NCBI RefSeq assembly: GCF_026571515.1
Contig: NW_026855294.1
Span: 186,001 to 250,000, forward strand
Reading direction: 5' to 3'
From: Ruditapes philippinarum
Lineage: Eukaryota
Length of the DNA stretch: 64,000 bases
Within the stretch, counting starts at the first letter, position 1; each line of letters starts with the position of its first letter. The position numbers were made by a program, and so were the translations under genes. Shown here piece after piece: positions 39,199-59,734 of this stretch. A model generated the notes under the pieces. The model saw nothing but the letters and a program-made list of their open reading frames with translations. It ran no database searches and was not told where the DNA came from.

Positions 39199-40349
39199 CG
39201 GTTGATATCAAATCAGGCTTTTTAGTTCAAACATATACAAATAAATTTATTTTGAACCAGTATTTTGAAAGAAGCGCCATCCGGTTACTACTGCTGTCGC
39301 ATATACAGTTACTATAGTTAACCTGCTCAGTTCTTTGCCTCTGGTACTGGTTAACTACTTAACAGATTTCTCAGGTGAACTTTGCTCTGGTGAATTAAAT
39401 GTGGCTCGCTGTTGTGATCCGTACTGTAAACTTCAAACACCACCACCACTATTTTGAAAGTTGTATTTCTAATGTCAATGTGTATCTTTAAGACCCACTG
39501 GCATGATTTGTGTGCTTTTTATAATGTGCAAATCAAAGATTGATAATGAACGATATATGTATATTCATGCTCGAAAGATTAATATCTTATATTCATACAT
39601 TCACATTATGTAAATGCAATTTTATTAAGACACCTTTACTTAGAAATATATATATATAACTATCACAGTAAGAGTAGCAATACAACGTGACATAGACGTC
39701 ATTTTCGGCATTAATTCCAAGACAAATATTGCTCGATTCGAAAAAGAAAAACCGTATTTTATTTCTGTACCGATTTCTTTGACATATGCACCATTCTACG
39801 GGGAAAATATAAACTTGACATATAATTTCGGATCTCTTTCAGTATATGAGCCATATTATCAAACACTTTGTAAAACCTTGAAAGTTGTTAGTATAAGAGC
39901 GGACTTCACTTGCAAGCTATTTCGTTTTCTTGCATTATCTGATTAAAAAGTTAGGTTTGCATTTCTTTTCCTTGTCACAGATTCTATTAAAAGAAAGAAA
40001 TGTTTGCACTGATAGCCTGTCTTATGAATTATTTATTTTATATTCATATGAATTATATAAACATACTAGCTAGTTAACTCATGCGCGAGGTTATTTTTGT
40101 CCAAGATAGAATCTGGGACGTGCGTCTTCCAAGACAGGATCACAATGTTTAGTCCACTATATATAGATATACGCCCCTGATAGAATCTGCATATATTGGC
40201 ATTTAAAAGTTTTCATTGACGTTTTTTTTTCAAATATATTCTGATGTTTTTCGTGTCTTACAGTCTTAATTAATTGTATACAAAACCTTAACCGCCTTTC
40301 AGATATGTACGGTTGTAAACGGACGTGACAGGATTTAACATAAAATTAT

Positions 40350-40482
40350 CTCCCGCCAATTTTTTGTCCAATCATTTTATCCGTTACAAAATTTTAAACA
40401 GCTGAAAGAAAACATTTGAAAACTAAAGAGGCAGAAAAAAAATCTTCGAAAACCAATAACTTATCCATACAAATATATTGGT
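40350..40482 (+). promoter_or_regulatory. Putative G2/M-type promoter and 5'UTR exon of Aurora
   Basis: CCAAT at 40356 and 40368, MYB-type CCGTTA at 40381, CHR-like TTTAAA at 40393 and TTTGAA at 40415, then donor G|GTGAG at 40480/40481. The first coding exon starts with an acceptor 2 nt before the ATG, so an upstream exon is expected. Confidence 0.5.
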
Positions 40483-40959
40483 GAGGTTTTAGATTTTATA
40501 TTATTTATTATATTTCATGTTTACAATGAGAAACTTGAGAGCAAGCTTTTAAATTGCAAGATATCTAAGTTCAAAGTCGCGAAAACATGTCTCTTCAGGT
40601 TTTTGGCTACAATTTGAAAAAATTTACGTTGTTTATTAAAGATTGTCTTCGATTTAAAACATCTTAGAAAGAAATTTAATAAAGAGAAATCTGATTTTAT
40701 TTCGATATAATCCGGCCATGGATAAAAACGAAGGAAAATTGATAGAAACCACAGATGGAGATTTTTTCTGTAACCAGCTCTAAATGTATAAATGAAAAAG
40801 TTATTTTTCACATCATGGCTTAATTAGTTACATCAGACATTTTGGTATACACTTGATTTGATAATCATATTTATTTACAAATTTTGTTTTCTTTAAATGA
40901 CAAAAATCATTTTGCTTTGTCAACTCAGAAATTATAATGAATTTCTTCTATAGCAAAGG

Positions 40960-41522
40960 AATCGGTGGTCAGCTCGGCCCTAAAACGTACTCGGCCCCCG
41001 AGTCAGCTTGGCCCTATTCCAACTCTGCACAGGTCAACTCGGCCCATTATTATATATTACTGGTAATGATTCCTTTTATTTCATTATTTAATGAAAGTAC
41101 CAATTTGTATGTGAATTTGTAGAGAAAGAACGAATTTACAATTTATACGCATGTTTTGCTACACCAGATTTTTTGTAAAAAATATCGTTAAAAAAGCATT
41201 GGGCGTATTAAAGAACAAACAGTATTAAAAACAATTACATTTATTGTCGCAAAAATTCAATCTAAAAACTCTATTTATTGATCAATATTTAACATATATT
41301 GTCTTGATATCTCTTCTTAACAAAGATAATTTCAAACAATATGTACAGGTACACTGCCAACTTTTTCAATTTGTGTTTGTAAGTGATCATATTTCTGAAA
41401 AACTTTATAGTAATTTTCTCCTTAAAATTTTTATTAACAAAACAATCTATATCCTAATATATGTTTTTAATAGAGGGCCGAGTTGACCTGTGCCGAGTTG
41501 GTATAGGGCCGAGTGGACCCTT
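40960..41522. mobile_element. MITE with GGTCAACTCGGCCC subterminal repeats
   Basis: Several CTCGGCCC motifs at the left end and inverted GGGCCGAG motifs at the right end around an AT-rich core. Confidence 0.65.
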
Positions 41523-42624
41523 TGCCTAGCAAAGCCACAGACACTTAGCCCTTTGGGGTGTCGAGCTCGAGCAGTATGTGCAAAAGTCAGTCCTCGGTCT
41601 TGGATGCATAAAAATCCTGTGGTCTGAGGCAAATTTCCTTACCATCCAAAAAAAAATAATGTTTTCACTTTTTTGTTTTCACTATTATAAATGGCTTTTA
41701 TGAGATATAAAAAAATTGTTTTTAAAGAAGTTAAGAACTTAAAAGACATTGACCAACATTGAAATGGACCAGTCAGATAAATACCATTAAACATTTTCTT
41801 CAAAATGTTCCATCAAACGCTATAAATTTTTGCAAAAATTACCATTTGAAATTTTCATAATAATAATAAAAAAAAACAATGTTTAATTTAATAATGCAAT
41901 TAAATTCAACAACAATCTCTAGTCTGGAGTCCAAGACATAAAAATAAATGTATTTTAACGTCTCTAAGTGGTCTGGAGTGAATCATAAAGAAAACAGCAT
42001 AAATAATGATTTAGAAATTATTCTTCAAATATTATGATGAATATCAATCATTTCTGTATAGTACAGTGTCAAACTTTTAACATATTTCCATTGTCTTTAA
42101 TTAGCTTTAACCATGTTCAAATTCAAACACTGCTTGCTGGTTCCTATAGTTTGGGCTAGAAAATAACCATCTGGCCCAGGAAATAAACCTAAAGGTGTAA
42201 GCTGGGAAAAAACTATTGCTGTTTTACTCCATTTATGATTTAGAAAAATCTTTCAACAAATTAATTTTGTTGTATTTAAATATGGCTTCAAATATCTACT
42301 TGTCCTGCATGCTTTGCTGCTCCTCCTGAATTTTTGCCTCAATTTTCAAGATAAACTTCGCAAAAGACTGTTAAAATTTCTCATAATTTCTTCACATAAA
42401 TTTAAGAAACAAAAACCGGAAACAAAGCTTGTGTTTAAGGTTATATATAAATCACACACTTTAAAGGGCAACATAGAAATATATATATAGTAAGGTGTGC
42501 TTATATGTTAAGTAAAAAAAAAAATTATTTGACAGTGAAAATTTTTGGAAAGAAGTGACTTTAGTGGCTAGGTAATGGGAGGGGATACACAATGCTTTAT
42601 TTTAGGTCTTATTTCTATTCAGGC

Positions 42625-49107
<6,483 letters not shown>

Positions 49108-50561
49108 TACAACTAAACGATGTGCTTTAAGAGAATGAAACCGACCTCTGTGATAATTTCCAGGCTATCAAAAGACGGGAGAAGAGTGTGAAAAGTCAAG
49201 AGAACATTAATTACTTGTATGCATAATTTTAGTCAGTTAAATTTGTGTTGGTACAGCTGTGTTAATACTGAGCAGTTGGAATCCCAATTTAAACATCCTT
49301 TGCATTGAGTTTTATTTAGTTTTGGTAAGTTTGTTTTCTGAAATTTTGACAGTTGAGTTTGTCATATATTAGCCTTGTAAAGGAAGACATTTAGACTGAA
49401 GTTATTTGTTCTGCATTTCCCCTTTTGACTTTTATGTTAATAATAATTAAGAGAATTTAGAAAGGAAAAAGAAAAGAAAAAACATTCCCAAGTTTGTGAA
49501 ATGGACCATTTAGGCATGATTATTGATCATGATCATGAATTAGTTTGGAAAGTGCATGTAAAAACACCATTGTGTTCAGTAGAATAATATATAGAGCCAA
49601 GTTGTTTTCATGAAAAATAATTGTATACTTTATTTTGGCTATTTTTGACTGTTTGAAAGCCGTGAAAGTGCAAAACGATTTCTTGCTAGTGCTTATCTTA
49701 TTTCTTTTTAAAGAAGTCTTTTCAATATTGATTGCAAGATCCAACTAACAAAGAAAATGTTTCAAAACAAATTCTAGTGAGAACTCATTAGGAACCCCCG
49801 AGTGCTTTGCTTATGTGAAATTTGTCATTAATTTTATATATTAATGTCATCTACTTGACAAAATTGAAGTTCTTAAACTTTTCAGATTTTTTTCATAAGT
49901 TTCTAATTTTTAAAAAGAAACAAGAGTATATAAAGTTTTTTTTGAAGAATCTATTACAATGCATAAAATTTTAGGAAGTTGACCATATTTATGAATTATT
50001 AATATTTTTATATGTAATGTAGCCATTGATTAAAGTGTTGATGTTTTTTTTTTTTTTTCTTCTATAAAAAGTACACCTTTGACAGTCATATAAATATTAT
50101 TTAAAAATTTGTTTGAATTCATTTCAAGTTTGAAGTTTATATATCATGTTTAAAGTCTGTCTAAGGCAACTACTATTACTAACTACAGTAAATTATTTAT
50201 CACAATTTAAAATATTCAAAGGTGGCTGTTCTATTCCATTTGTAAAAGAGTAAGGTAAACAAATTGATAAATAGGTCATATTTATTTTACAGAAAGAAAT
50301 ACATGGAAAGGATAAAATAGATTGTGAAAATATACTCATTTTCTAAATTCTTCCAATATCTTATTTTATTTATAAGGTGTGACTTTTAAAAAAAATTCAC
50401 TCATTTAGAGGTGCTCAGCTTGAAAATTTTGATTTCTCAGTTTATCTTTAGTTTCATATAACTTACAATAAATTATATCTGTGAACATAGCTGTTAGTTA
50501 TTTGTATGATAGATATAGTATGATCCACTATTGTTTGTTGATTCAGAGTTTTCTCCAGAAC

Positions 50562-50795
50562 ATATGAGCCGTGCCATGACAAAACCAACATAGTGTGTTT
50601 GCGACCAGCATGGATCCAGACCGGCCTGCGCAGTCTGATCAGGATCCATGCTGTTTGCTATCAGTTTCTCTACTTGTAATAGGGTTGGTAAGCGAACAGC
50701 ATGGTCCTGATCAGACTGCGCCGATGCGCAGGCTGGTCTGGATCCATACTGGTCGCAAACCCACTATGTTGGTTTTTTCATGATGCAGATCATTT
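50562..50795. mobile_element. Palindromic MITE (same family)
   Basis: Colinear with 11536-11745 and 33212-33434. Confidence 0.8.
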
Positions 50796-53700
50796 GTGCG
50801 TTCTAGCACACATTTCCCCATTAGAGCTATTGTAGTAAATTTAAATATTTGGTAAGCGCCAATGTAGGTGTACTTACTTACTTATTTATGGGCATACTTT
50901 TGCATTTCTTAAGTGATTACCAATTATTGTTAATTGTGAATTTGATTATCAATAAGTGTTAATTATGAATTGCATCATGTTATAAGCATGAAGATTATGT
51001 TCAGTGGTTCTGGTAAGGTGACTGTTTGTGCTTTAAATAGTGCAAGAATGGGCACCTAAGGTCTCCCTCCACCAGTTAAGGATGAAAGTTGCCGTATGAC
51101 CTTTACTGTGTTGGTATGATGTGAAACCCAACCCAAAAGAAAGGGAAAGAAAATGTTCATTTACTCTTCTTATTTGAAGATATAATTTCTTGAATGGCTC
51201 AGTATTAGATAAATTATTGAATATTTATAAATGGTAAAATTTAGTTTGTTGTATTGAAAATAAAAATCTTGAAAAGCTCCCTGGAAGTAAACATTTAAAG
51301 GGCTGCTTTCTAAAATTTCTGAGGGAAAACTCTTGACATTGATGTTTGTAAGTGAGTGATTGAATGAAAGAATGAGACAGTTTTATTTTTATTGTGTTTC
51401 CTTGAGTTACTCAGCCCTATTATCTTACATATGTTTTGTTAACAAAATTTCCATGGATTTTTTTTTCTTCAAAAAAAGTCAATAAATTTCAAAGGTTCAT
51501 TAAATTAGATCAATCCTTTGAAGTATTCATACCTAACCTTAAAGTTAACAGATCTTGATATTATAGTGTATCAAAACAGACTATGGTTAAGGAATATCAA
51601 AACAAATCTTACACTTGCATATTATCAAAACAGACCCTAAAGTATATCTTAACATATTTTGGGAGTCATGACAATAAATTCAATAATGTGTTAAATGATA
51701 TCAAAACAAGTGTTAAGGTATATCAAAACACATATAGATCTTGAAGTTGAAATATTATATCAAAACAGACATTATAGTTTGATCAAATCATAACATATAT
51801 TGAAATTAGGAAATATCAAAAACAAGGCTTGATGTTGCGAGTGAACTTTGTATACTTTGTATTTATTTTTTTGAATGAAATTTAAATGATGCTTTGCTAG
51901 TTTTCTTGTTGATAGATTTGTACATTGTTCTTATACATTTATATAGAAACACAGGTCGAAGGGTCAAGGTTAAATCAAACTATCATCAAATATCACTCTT
52001 GTCCTCATTGCTTAAGTTTTCCATTCATTTTCTCCCCACTTTATATCTCATAATTTCATACTGGTATTTATATGTCAGTCTTTACCTCTATAGATTAGAT
52101 CTGTTATCTTACTTTTTCTCTCCATTCCATTATATCTATTTATGATGAGAGACATAGTCATATAAAATTGTAAAATATTGATCATGTATACAAGTACACC
52201 GGTTTCCCATACCATGTTCTGTGTGAAGTTAACTGGTAAAATATTTGTGACAAAAACATGGAACTCAAGTCATTTCTTCACATGTTACTGGTAATTGGGA
52301 CATACTCAAAAAAATTCAAAATGTCATTTCTTAATTTGTTGCTCGTTAGACCTTCTCGAAAAATGTCAAAATGTCATTTCTTTATGTGTTGCTGGTAATT
52401 TGGACATACTCAAAAAATCTCAATAAGTCATTTCTTCATACAGTATGTGTAACCTAGATATTCTTTTTAAAACCTCTCAAAAGTTGTTTGTTAATGTTCA
52501 ATTACTATAAATGTTTCTCCCCTTTTCACAAAAAACTTTGGTTTTCATATTGCTTATTTTAAAACCCAAAAAAACTTACATATTTTTTTTAATTGGCGGG
52601 CGCCAAAATTAAATGAAAAAGTGGGATTAATTAGTCCTTTTTTTGTTTGAACCCAAAATTCAAAACCTTGTATAGATTTTAATTTTGACTTTTTTTTCCC
52701 AAATGCTTTGTAATAATAATTTTAAAAATTATTTCACTGAAATCTTTTTTTTTTTTTTTTCAGGACTAACAGGGGGCATTTTTCAAAGATTTAAAGAATC
52801 TTTTGGGGATTTTTCTTTCCCCTTTCAAAATTACTATAAAAAAGTGTTTCATACTTTTTGAAGTTATATATGTACTGATAAACCCTTTTTTTATGTGTAA
52901 TTTAAAAACTTCTTTTTTAAAAAAAAAATTTTTTGAATTTAAGAAGTTTTTGGTTTTCGTTGTCCACGGCTCAAGTTGTGGTGTTTTAGATAAACCATGA
53001 TTTAGGAGTGACACTTGAAATGCTGAAAATATGATTAATATCTTTTTGTCATTGAACAATAATGTATTGATAGTTTAGTCTATTATTTGATATGAAGGTA
53101 CCTTGCATTGACATCTACTCCTGTGTTGGGTTTGGCAATGCTATATTAAAGATGGAATTTTCTAAAGCTTCAGTTTTTGTTTTGTTACCACAAAATTGAC
53201 ATTTTTATTCATCTAGCTACCATTTTTAGCTTGACTTTTTAAGCTCACCAGAGCTGAAGGTTATGGTTAAGCTATTAGTATCAAAGGGTGATGCTCCGTT
53301 GCCGTTGTCATGCGGCAACATTCATCTCTGAAAGCACTTGGCAAATTTACTTCAAAGGTCTGTAGCATCCTTGTGACAGTCACATTTAAATTTGCTCGTT
53401 TTATTTCGATTGGCCGCTTTGAGTGGCAAAGAGCTAAAAGCGAGAAAAACATAGATTCGTCACCTTAAGTGCAAAAAACTCAAAAACTGCATATAAAATA
53501 GAAGCAAGAAATTGGAGTTCTTGCACTAAGGTGACGATATAAAATCTTCCCCTTTTAAAACTAAACTGGAAATTTTTACTAAAATCAAATAAACTTTTTT
53601 TGGGTTCTTGTAGCCTTCAAGTTCTTGAGTAGTACACCTAGTCCCTTTTTAATCAAAATTTGCTCCAATAATTAATTGGAGAGATTGAAGACCACTTAAG

Positions 53701-54339
53701 GGGGAAGCCTAAAGCTAAAACATACATGAATTGTTTAAACTACTGGAGCCCTATTGATGGATATCACCAAAAAACTTTTGTCTGAGTCGTCTTTATCAAA
53801 ATTTGTTCATATTTAATTGAATGGCCACTTTTTAGGTTTTTAAGTCAAATCCTTCAAATACGTTTAACATGAAAAACACAACTTCCACTTCATGTATTAT
53901 TTTTCAACAAAGCAACATAAATATCTATAGAGGCTACCGTGGGCACCATGTTAGAATCGTTGACTCTAAAACATTTTCCTCTCATGGGTTGGGTTTCACA
54001 TCACACCAACAAAGTAAAGGTTATGCAGCCATTTTCATCCTTTACTGGTGGAGGGAGAACATAGGCGGCCCTTCTTGCACTATTTGCACCTTAGTACTCA
54101 CCTTAACATATTTATTTTTTGCCTTATTTAATCATGACAGTATTGAAACCTAAAACTCAAAAAAATAAATTGTCTGAAGTCTCCAGCCTTTACCAAGCAA
54201 CCACAAAATTTGCTGTTGAAATGGGAAAAAAACCCACAAAAAACATATACAACCATTATTTTCCTTTCCAATAAAAAAACTTCCTTAAAATATATTGTTT
54301 ACTTGCTTTCCTCATACAGTACGCAAATTCATTTTACAA

Positions 54340-54880
54340 GTAAAAAACCTTGGTAACACTAAGGGTTTTTGTTTTAGCACAAATATCCTGGAAATTGGTC
54401 AGAAAGGTTGTTTTGTTAATTTCTAGGTCAAGATTAAATATGGGTCACTTGGGGTCAAAAATAAGGTCACACAGACTAAATGTGGAAAAACATTGTTAAC
54501 CCTTCTTGATCAAAATATCCTGGAAATTGGTCAGAAAGATTGTTATGATGATTTCAAGGTCAAGTTTGAATATGGGTCGCCAGGGATCAAAAACTAGGTC
54601 ACAAAGACCAATAATGAAAAACCTTGTTAATGCAATAGAGTCTACTTTTTCAGTTCAATTTTCCTGGAAATTGGTCAGACAGGTTGTTATAATGGCTTTA
54701 AGGTCCTGTTTGAATATGAGGTACCTGGGGTCAAAAACTAGGTCACATAGCCTAAATATGGAAAAAAACCTGATTAATACTCTAGGGGATACTGTTACAA
54801 TCCAAATATCCTGGAAATTGGAATTGAGCCTTCATAATTAGGTGAGCGATAAAAGGGCCATTATGGCCTTCCTGTTTCTA
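54340..54880 (-). mobile_element. HINE-like element with tandem cores
   Basis: Repeated CCTGGAAATTGGTCAGA...GGGGTCAAAAACTAGGTCAC units ending in AGGTGAGCGA..GGGCCATTATGGCC. Confidence 0.55.
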
Positions 54881-57279
54881 TTAGTGGCTATAACTTTGTT
54901 ATTTTTGAATAGATTTTCTTCAAACTTGAACACATCAATATTTAAGGACAGACCTTCAAGTTATCCAGACAGATATTGACCTTTACTCATAAATGATCTT
55001 AACATTGAAGGTCAAATTATTGAAATTTTCATTTTTGGTGTAATTGGTTATAACTTTGTTATTAATGAATGGATTGACTTCATATTAAGACTATTCTTTA
55101 GGATAAGTCCTGCATGTGTATCAAACTCAAATAGACATTGGCTTATTGATGACAATGACCTTGAGGGTTATATTATTGAATTTTCACAGATTTTTGGTAT
55201 AATTGACTTTAACTTGTTTTTTTAATATATGGATTATCTTCGTACTTGGATAAAACAACCTTTTGGACAAGACCTTCTAAACGGTTGAACTGACCTTGAG
55301 GTTTACTTGACCATCAAAGGTCAAATTTAATTTTGGTTAAATAACCATAATTATGTTGTTTATTTACCGATTTCATTAATACTTAAACAAAACAAGATTT
55401 GCTTCCAAACAATTATATTGAATAATTTAGATGTGACCTTGACCTTTAATTGACATTGACCGTCAAGGTCAAATTAATGAAATTCTTCTTTTTAGTTACT
55501 GACTACAATTTTTTCATTTACAAAAGGAATTTTAAAATTTTATATTTTAAAACATTTAATTTTTTTAGGTCAGGGTACTTTATTAATATTTAAACCAAAA
55601 TTTTACCTTTGGGGCAAAAAGTACAACAAAACAATCAAAATTTTTTTTTTTCATTGATTATTTTTTAAAAAACGGGTGTAACTTGGAGGTAAAACATGAA
55701 TTTTTTCTTCCAATATTTTTACCCAAAAACCCTTTTAACAAGACCTTCCCTTTTTGGTTGAACTTTCCTTTAACATTTAAAAACCGGACCGTTTTGAAAA
55801 ACAAATTTTTTTGAATTTGGGTAAATTTTTTCTAAAATTTTATTTATTAAGGAAAAGATTATCTGGACAAAAAAATTTTTATGTGGGCCAAACGACTTTG
55901 GAAATTTTTACCCTTTTTAATTATCTGGCCCCTCGGGAAGTAAGATTGAAATTTGCTTATTTTTCTTTAAAAATTTGGGAAATTTTTTTTAAATGATATT
56001 CAAAACCCGGAACAAGCAACAAGCGTCACTAGACAGACCTATTTAAATAAAAAAGGAAAAACTTAATAGTTTTTCTTTATTTTTTTTTAAAAAATATTTG
56101 TTTAACGGTTTATTTGTTTGCTTTTTTTTAAAAGTAAAAAATGTTGATCGTTGCTGTAATACTTGTGTGTGGGTTTGCGCGTGCGTGCGTGCGTGCGTGT
56201 TTGTGTGTGTGAATTAAAGGTACCTCATTGGGATTTAACCTTGACATATATATAGTCTATAGTGATAAGTCAATTGTGTATCGGCCACACTAATTATGGG
56301 TTATCATTCTGGAGGTCACAGTTTAATTGTAAAACATTAAGTTTAAGGTTAAAACATTAAGCTTAAAATGTTCACATTGTTTTCAAATTTTAAAACAGTT
56401 TTCTTTCCCTATTTTTGGTTTTGGGGTCCTCCTGTACGCTTGTTTACTAGGTCGGGTGGGGGCTGGCTTTCATGATGAAACGAACGGGGCCCGCCTTTCT
56501 TTGTCGATTCTTGATTTATCATATTTTCTTGCCTTAGTTTTGTCTGAAGTTTATTTCTGTCATCTTAAAATTAACTCTGATTGATCTGTTGGGTACGTGC
56601 CTTTAAAAGCTGGAATTTTTTGCCTTTTTTTGTTTGCCCCATAGTCAAAATGGCCAAGAATGTATTGTTAAATAAAATGTTACACTCGCATCTAAATAAA
56701 GTAAATATATCTGGAATGTACATGTTTATATTGAGTTGTTAACAAAAAAGAATAACAAAATTTAATGTTTATTTTAAGATAATATAACTTCGAACAAAAG
56801 AGATTAAATTGATGATCCAAGGGGGGGGGGGCATTTTTTTTTCACATTATTTGATGAACTGACAGTCGTCCGGGGTTTTTGTGAAGGTCTAAAAAATTTT
56901 AGGGAAAGCGTTACGAAAATACATGTGAAAAAAAATTTTTTCGTGTAAAAGAAGAAGCAAAATTTTTGGTGTCGGAAAGGGAAAAAGATCAAAATTTTTC
57001 TGTAAAATGTCCTTTTTGTATCCTTTCTTGGGGTATTGGGAAATTTTTTCTTCGCTAAAATATATATAGCAAATCCTTGATCTTTCCCCATCTTTAAAAA
57101 CAAAAGGAACAGATGCTTTTGTCGACAAAAGGGTTAAGAATAGCGTAATCGTGGGGAAAAAATCTGTTTCAAAAGTTTTGATTTGTCCTAAAATCTAAAA
57201 AATTTAAAAATTATACGAAAATGGAATAGCTCACACAAAAAAATTAAATAGTTTTAAATTTTCCCTTGACAGTACTAAA

Positions 57280-58700
57280 ATATATTTGGGGTTTTCTGTC
57301 GAGAGAAAGGGTGGAGGTTTTTAAAAAACAAATTTGAATCTTTTCGGGTTTAAAACAAGTGTGAAAAAAAAATAAAAGTCCCGAAAAGGGTTTACCTGTT
57401 AGCCAAGTCTCCGAGAAGAACAAAAAGTCCCAGCAGAAATTTCTGTTCGAAATGCCTTTTCCAGAAAGTAAGGGAAAGTGTGTGGGAAAAAACAAAAAGA
57501 AAATTACAAGCCTTTTCCCCGGCATTTAAACTTTTAAACTTGATACAAAGGGAAAGGAAAGTTTCAAAATTCAAAATTTTTTTAAAAAAACCTTTTAAAC
57601 CCTGTCCCCTGAGCACAAGACGGAAAAAGGGTTTGATAAAATCTGCAAAGACCAAAACGCCTTTTAAGAATCAGCGAGTGAAAAACAACCCGGAAAATTT
57701 TATAAAGATCTTTTATCCCAGACGAAGTAAACCAAGTTTGAAAATTCTGATAGGATTGGGGTTTGAGATTTTAAAAAAATTTTTCAGTCCCTTCCGAAAA
57801 AGCTAACTGAACATGAAGCAAATCAAAACCAAAATGTTGATAAGAGCTTCAAAAAATGATTTGGAAAAAAAAAGCTTAGAGATCTTAAGAAGTCAATAGA
57901 TGACAGCTTTGCCCAAATTTAAAAAAAGTAATGTTGAGAAATTATAACGAGAAAAGCTCTAGCATTATTTAAGAAAAAAAATATTACCCAGACCGAGAAG
58001 ATCAAGAAATTGACATCTGATGTTTAAACCAGTCCAATCAGTATCTAGATTTTACTGAAAGATGCGGTGAAAAACTGCATTCATTTCTGTTGAGGAGAAA
58101 ATTAGGAAAAGGAACTTGAAAGAGTATGAAAAAGATGTTTTCAAAGATCTCAGAGGTGCTGCGAGCATTGAGCAGTTTAGTGTTAGAAACTGATATTTCA
58201 GAAGAAAAGTTGAACGAAATCAATCGAGTCATGTATTCGACTTTGTAGAGGTAAAAAACGAAACTGGAAATACCCCAAAATACATGGAATGCCGAAACTG
58301 AAGTTAACTGGAAAAATTGAATTGAAAAACGAAATTAACTTAACAGATTTCAATTGCTTTTTGCCCGAACATGTGCTTGGATTGGGAATCATGTAATTGT
58401 CGGCCTGCAAAGAGAGGAATCAACTTAGGCTGTAATGATGTAAAAAATGAAACACTGGAATACAAAACTTCGAGATCTACGTCTTCAGAAACCATGGTCA
58501 GTCAAAAGAGTCGATGGTTTTTGAAGTTTGCTGTTTGTTACCCTAACAATAATACTATTGATATCATGGAAATTTTTAAAAATGAAATGTTTTCAACTCA
58601 ACAGAACATTTTAAAACTGAAAAGAGATATCTGGGAAGGGGCTTTGAAAAAAAATCCCAAACCAAAAATTCAAGGGGGTCCCTTTCACGGCCTTTTTTTA
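57280..58700 (+). pseudogene. Frameshifted TRIM/B-box-coiled-coil-like coding sequence (pseudogene or consensus errors)
   Basis: Stitched frames give coiled-coil-like LRDLKKSIDDSF..VMLRNYNEKSS..QTEKIKKLTSDV..NQSNQYLDFTERCGEKLHSFLLRRKL..KISEVLRALSSLVLETDISEEKL. The B-box itself is not cleanly readable, so the family call is by resemblance only. Confidence 0.35.
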
Positions 58701-59734
58701 TTGGGGATTTTTTTAAAATTTTGATGGTAAAAAGTCGGAAAACGGGTTTCCCCCCACAACCGAAACTAGGGGAGTTTCAAAGAAATTTGCAAAGCTATTT
58801 GTTAGTGCAGACAAAACTTTTACTCCATTTTTCATGTTTAAAGTCTTTAAAAATTTTTTGTCTATGACATTTGATGGGTACTGTAAATTTTCGAAATTCG
58901 ACGTTTTAGGGTTTTTAAAACCATGGCATCCAGTAAATTTCGTAAAGGGGAAAATTTTTTTTGCATTTATGGAGGGGTTCTTCAAAATTTATAGGCCCAA
59001 AGGGAAAAATTTGAAGAATCAAAGTGTTTAAAATTTTTTGCCTTTTTCATTAGTTTTTAAAAAGGGGAGGGAAAAAACTAAAATTTTTGGTTAGCCAAAC
59101 CCCCCTCCCTATGGGATCCCAATGTACACATTAAAATAAAACCCGGTGGCAATTTGTTTTTTCAGTGGTTTAAGAACCCCTCATTTAAAGGAATGGAAAA
59201 ACATTAAAAATTAATATTATGGAAAATTTGATTTTGGGGTTTAAAATTTCTTCATTGATTCACATTTTTGTGACCCCATAAAAAAAGAACAAAATTTAAA
59301 ACACAAAAATGTAGAAAAAAAATTTGAAATTGGGATACACAGTGAAAATAAAACAACATACAACATTTTAATTAAAGAAATTTTTTTATCATTTTTTATC
59401 AAAGGGACAAATCTAAATAAATTAAATTAAATTTTTGCTCGTTCCCAAAATATAAAAATGTATCTATGCACTTGCGGTAGAAAATACATGTATAGATAAT
59501 AAACATACAAAAAGATATTTGAACAAGTGAAAAAAAACTTCCTGTTGGACATTACATTGTATAGTAGTAACAATGGCAATTAGGTAATGCTGGGTTTAGC
59601 AGAAGCATGAGAAGTCGTACTGGTGGTGGTAGCAGTAGCAGCAGTACTAGTAGTTTTTGTAGTAATAAGAGCAAAAATAATTTAATTATCATAAAAAGCA
59701 GCGGCAGCAGCAGCATCATTATATGCAAAAGCAG

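Noticed and set aside
56804-59031. Many Lys/Phe-rich ORFs in the track
   Set aside because: Their composition reflects homopolymer runs in apparently low-quality sequence.
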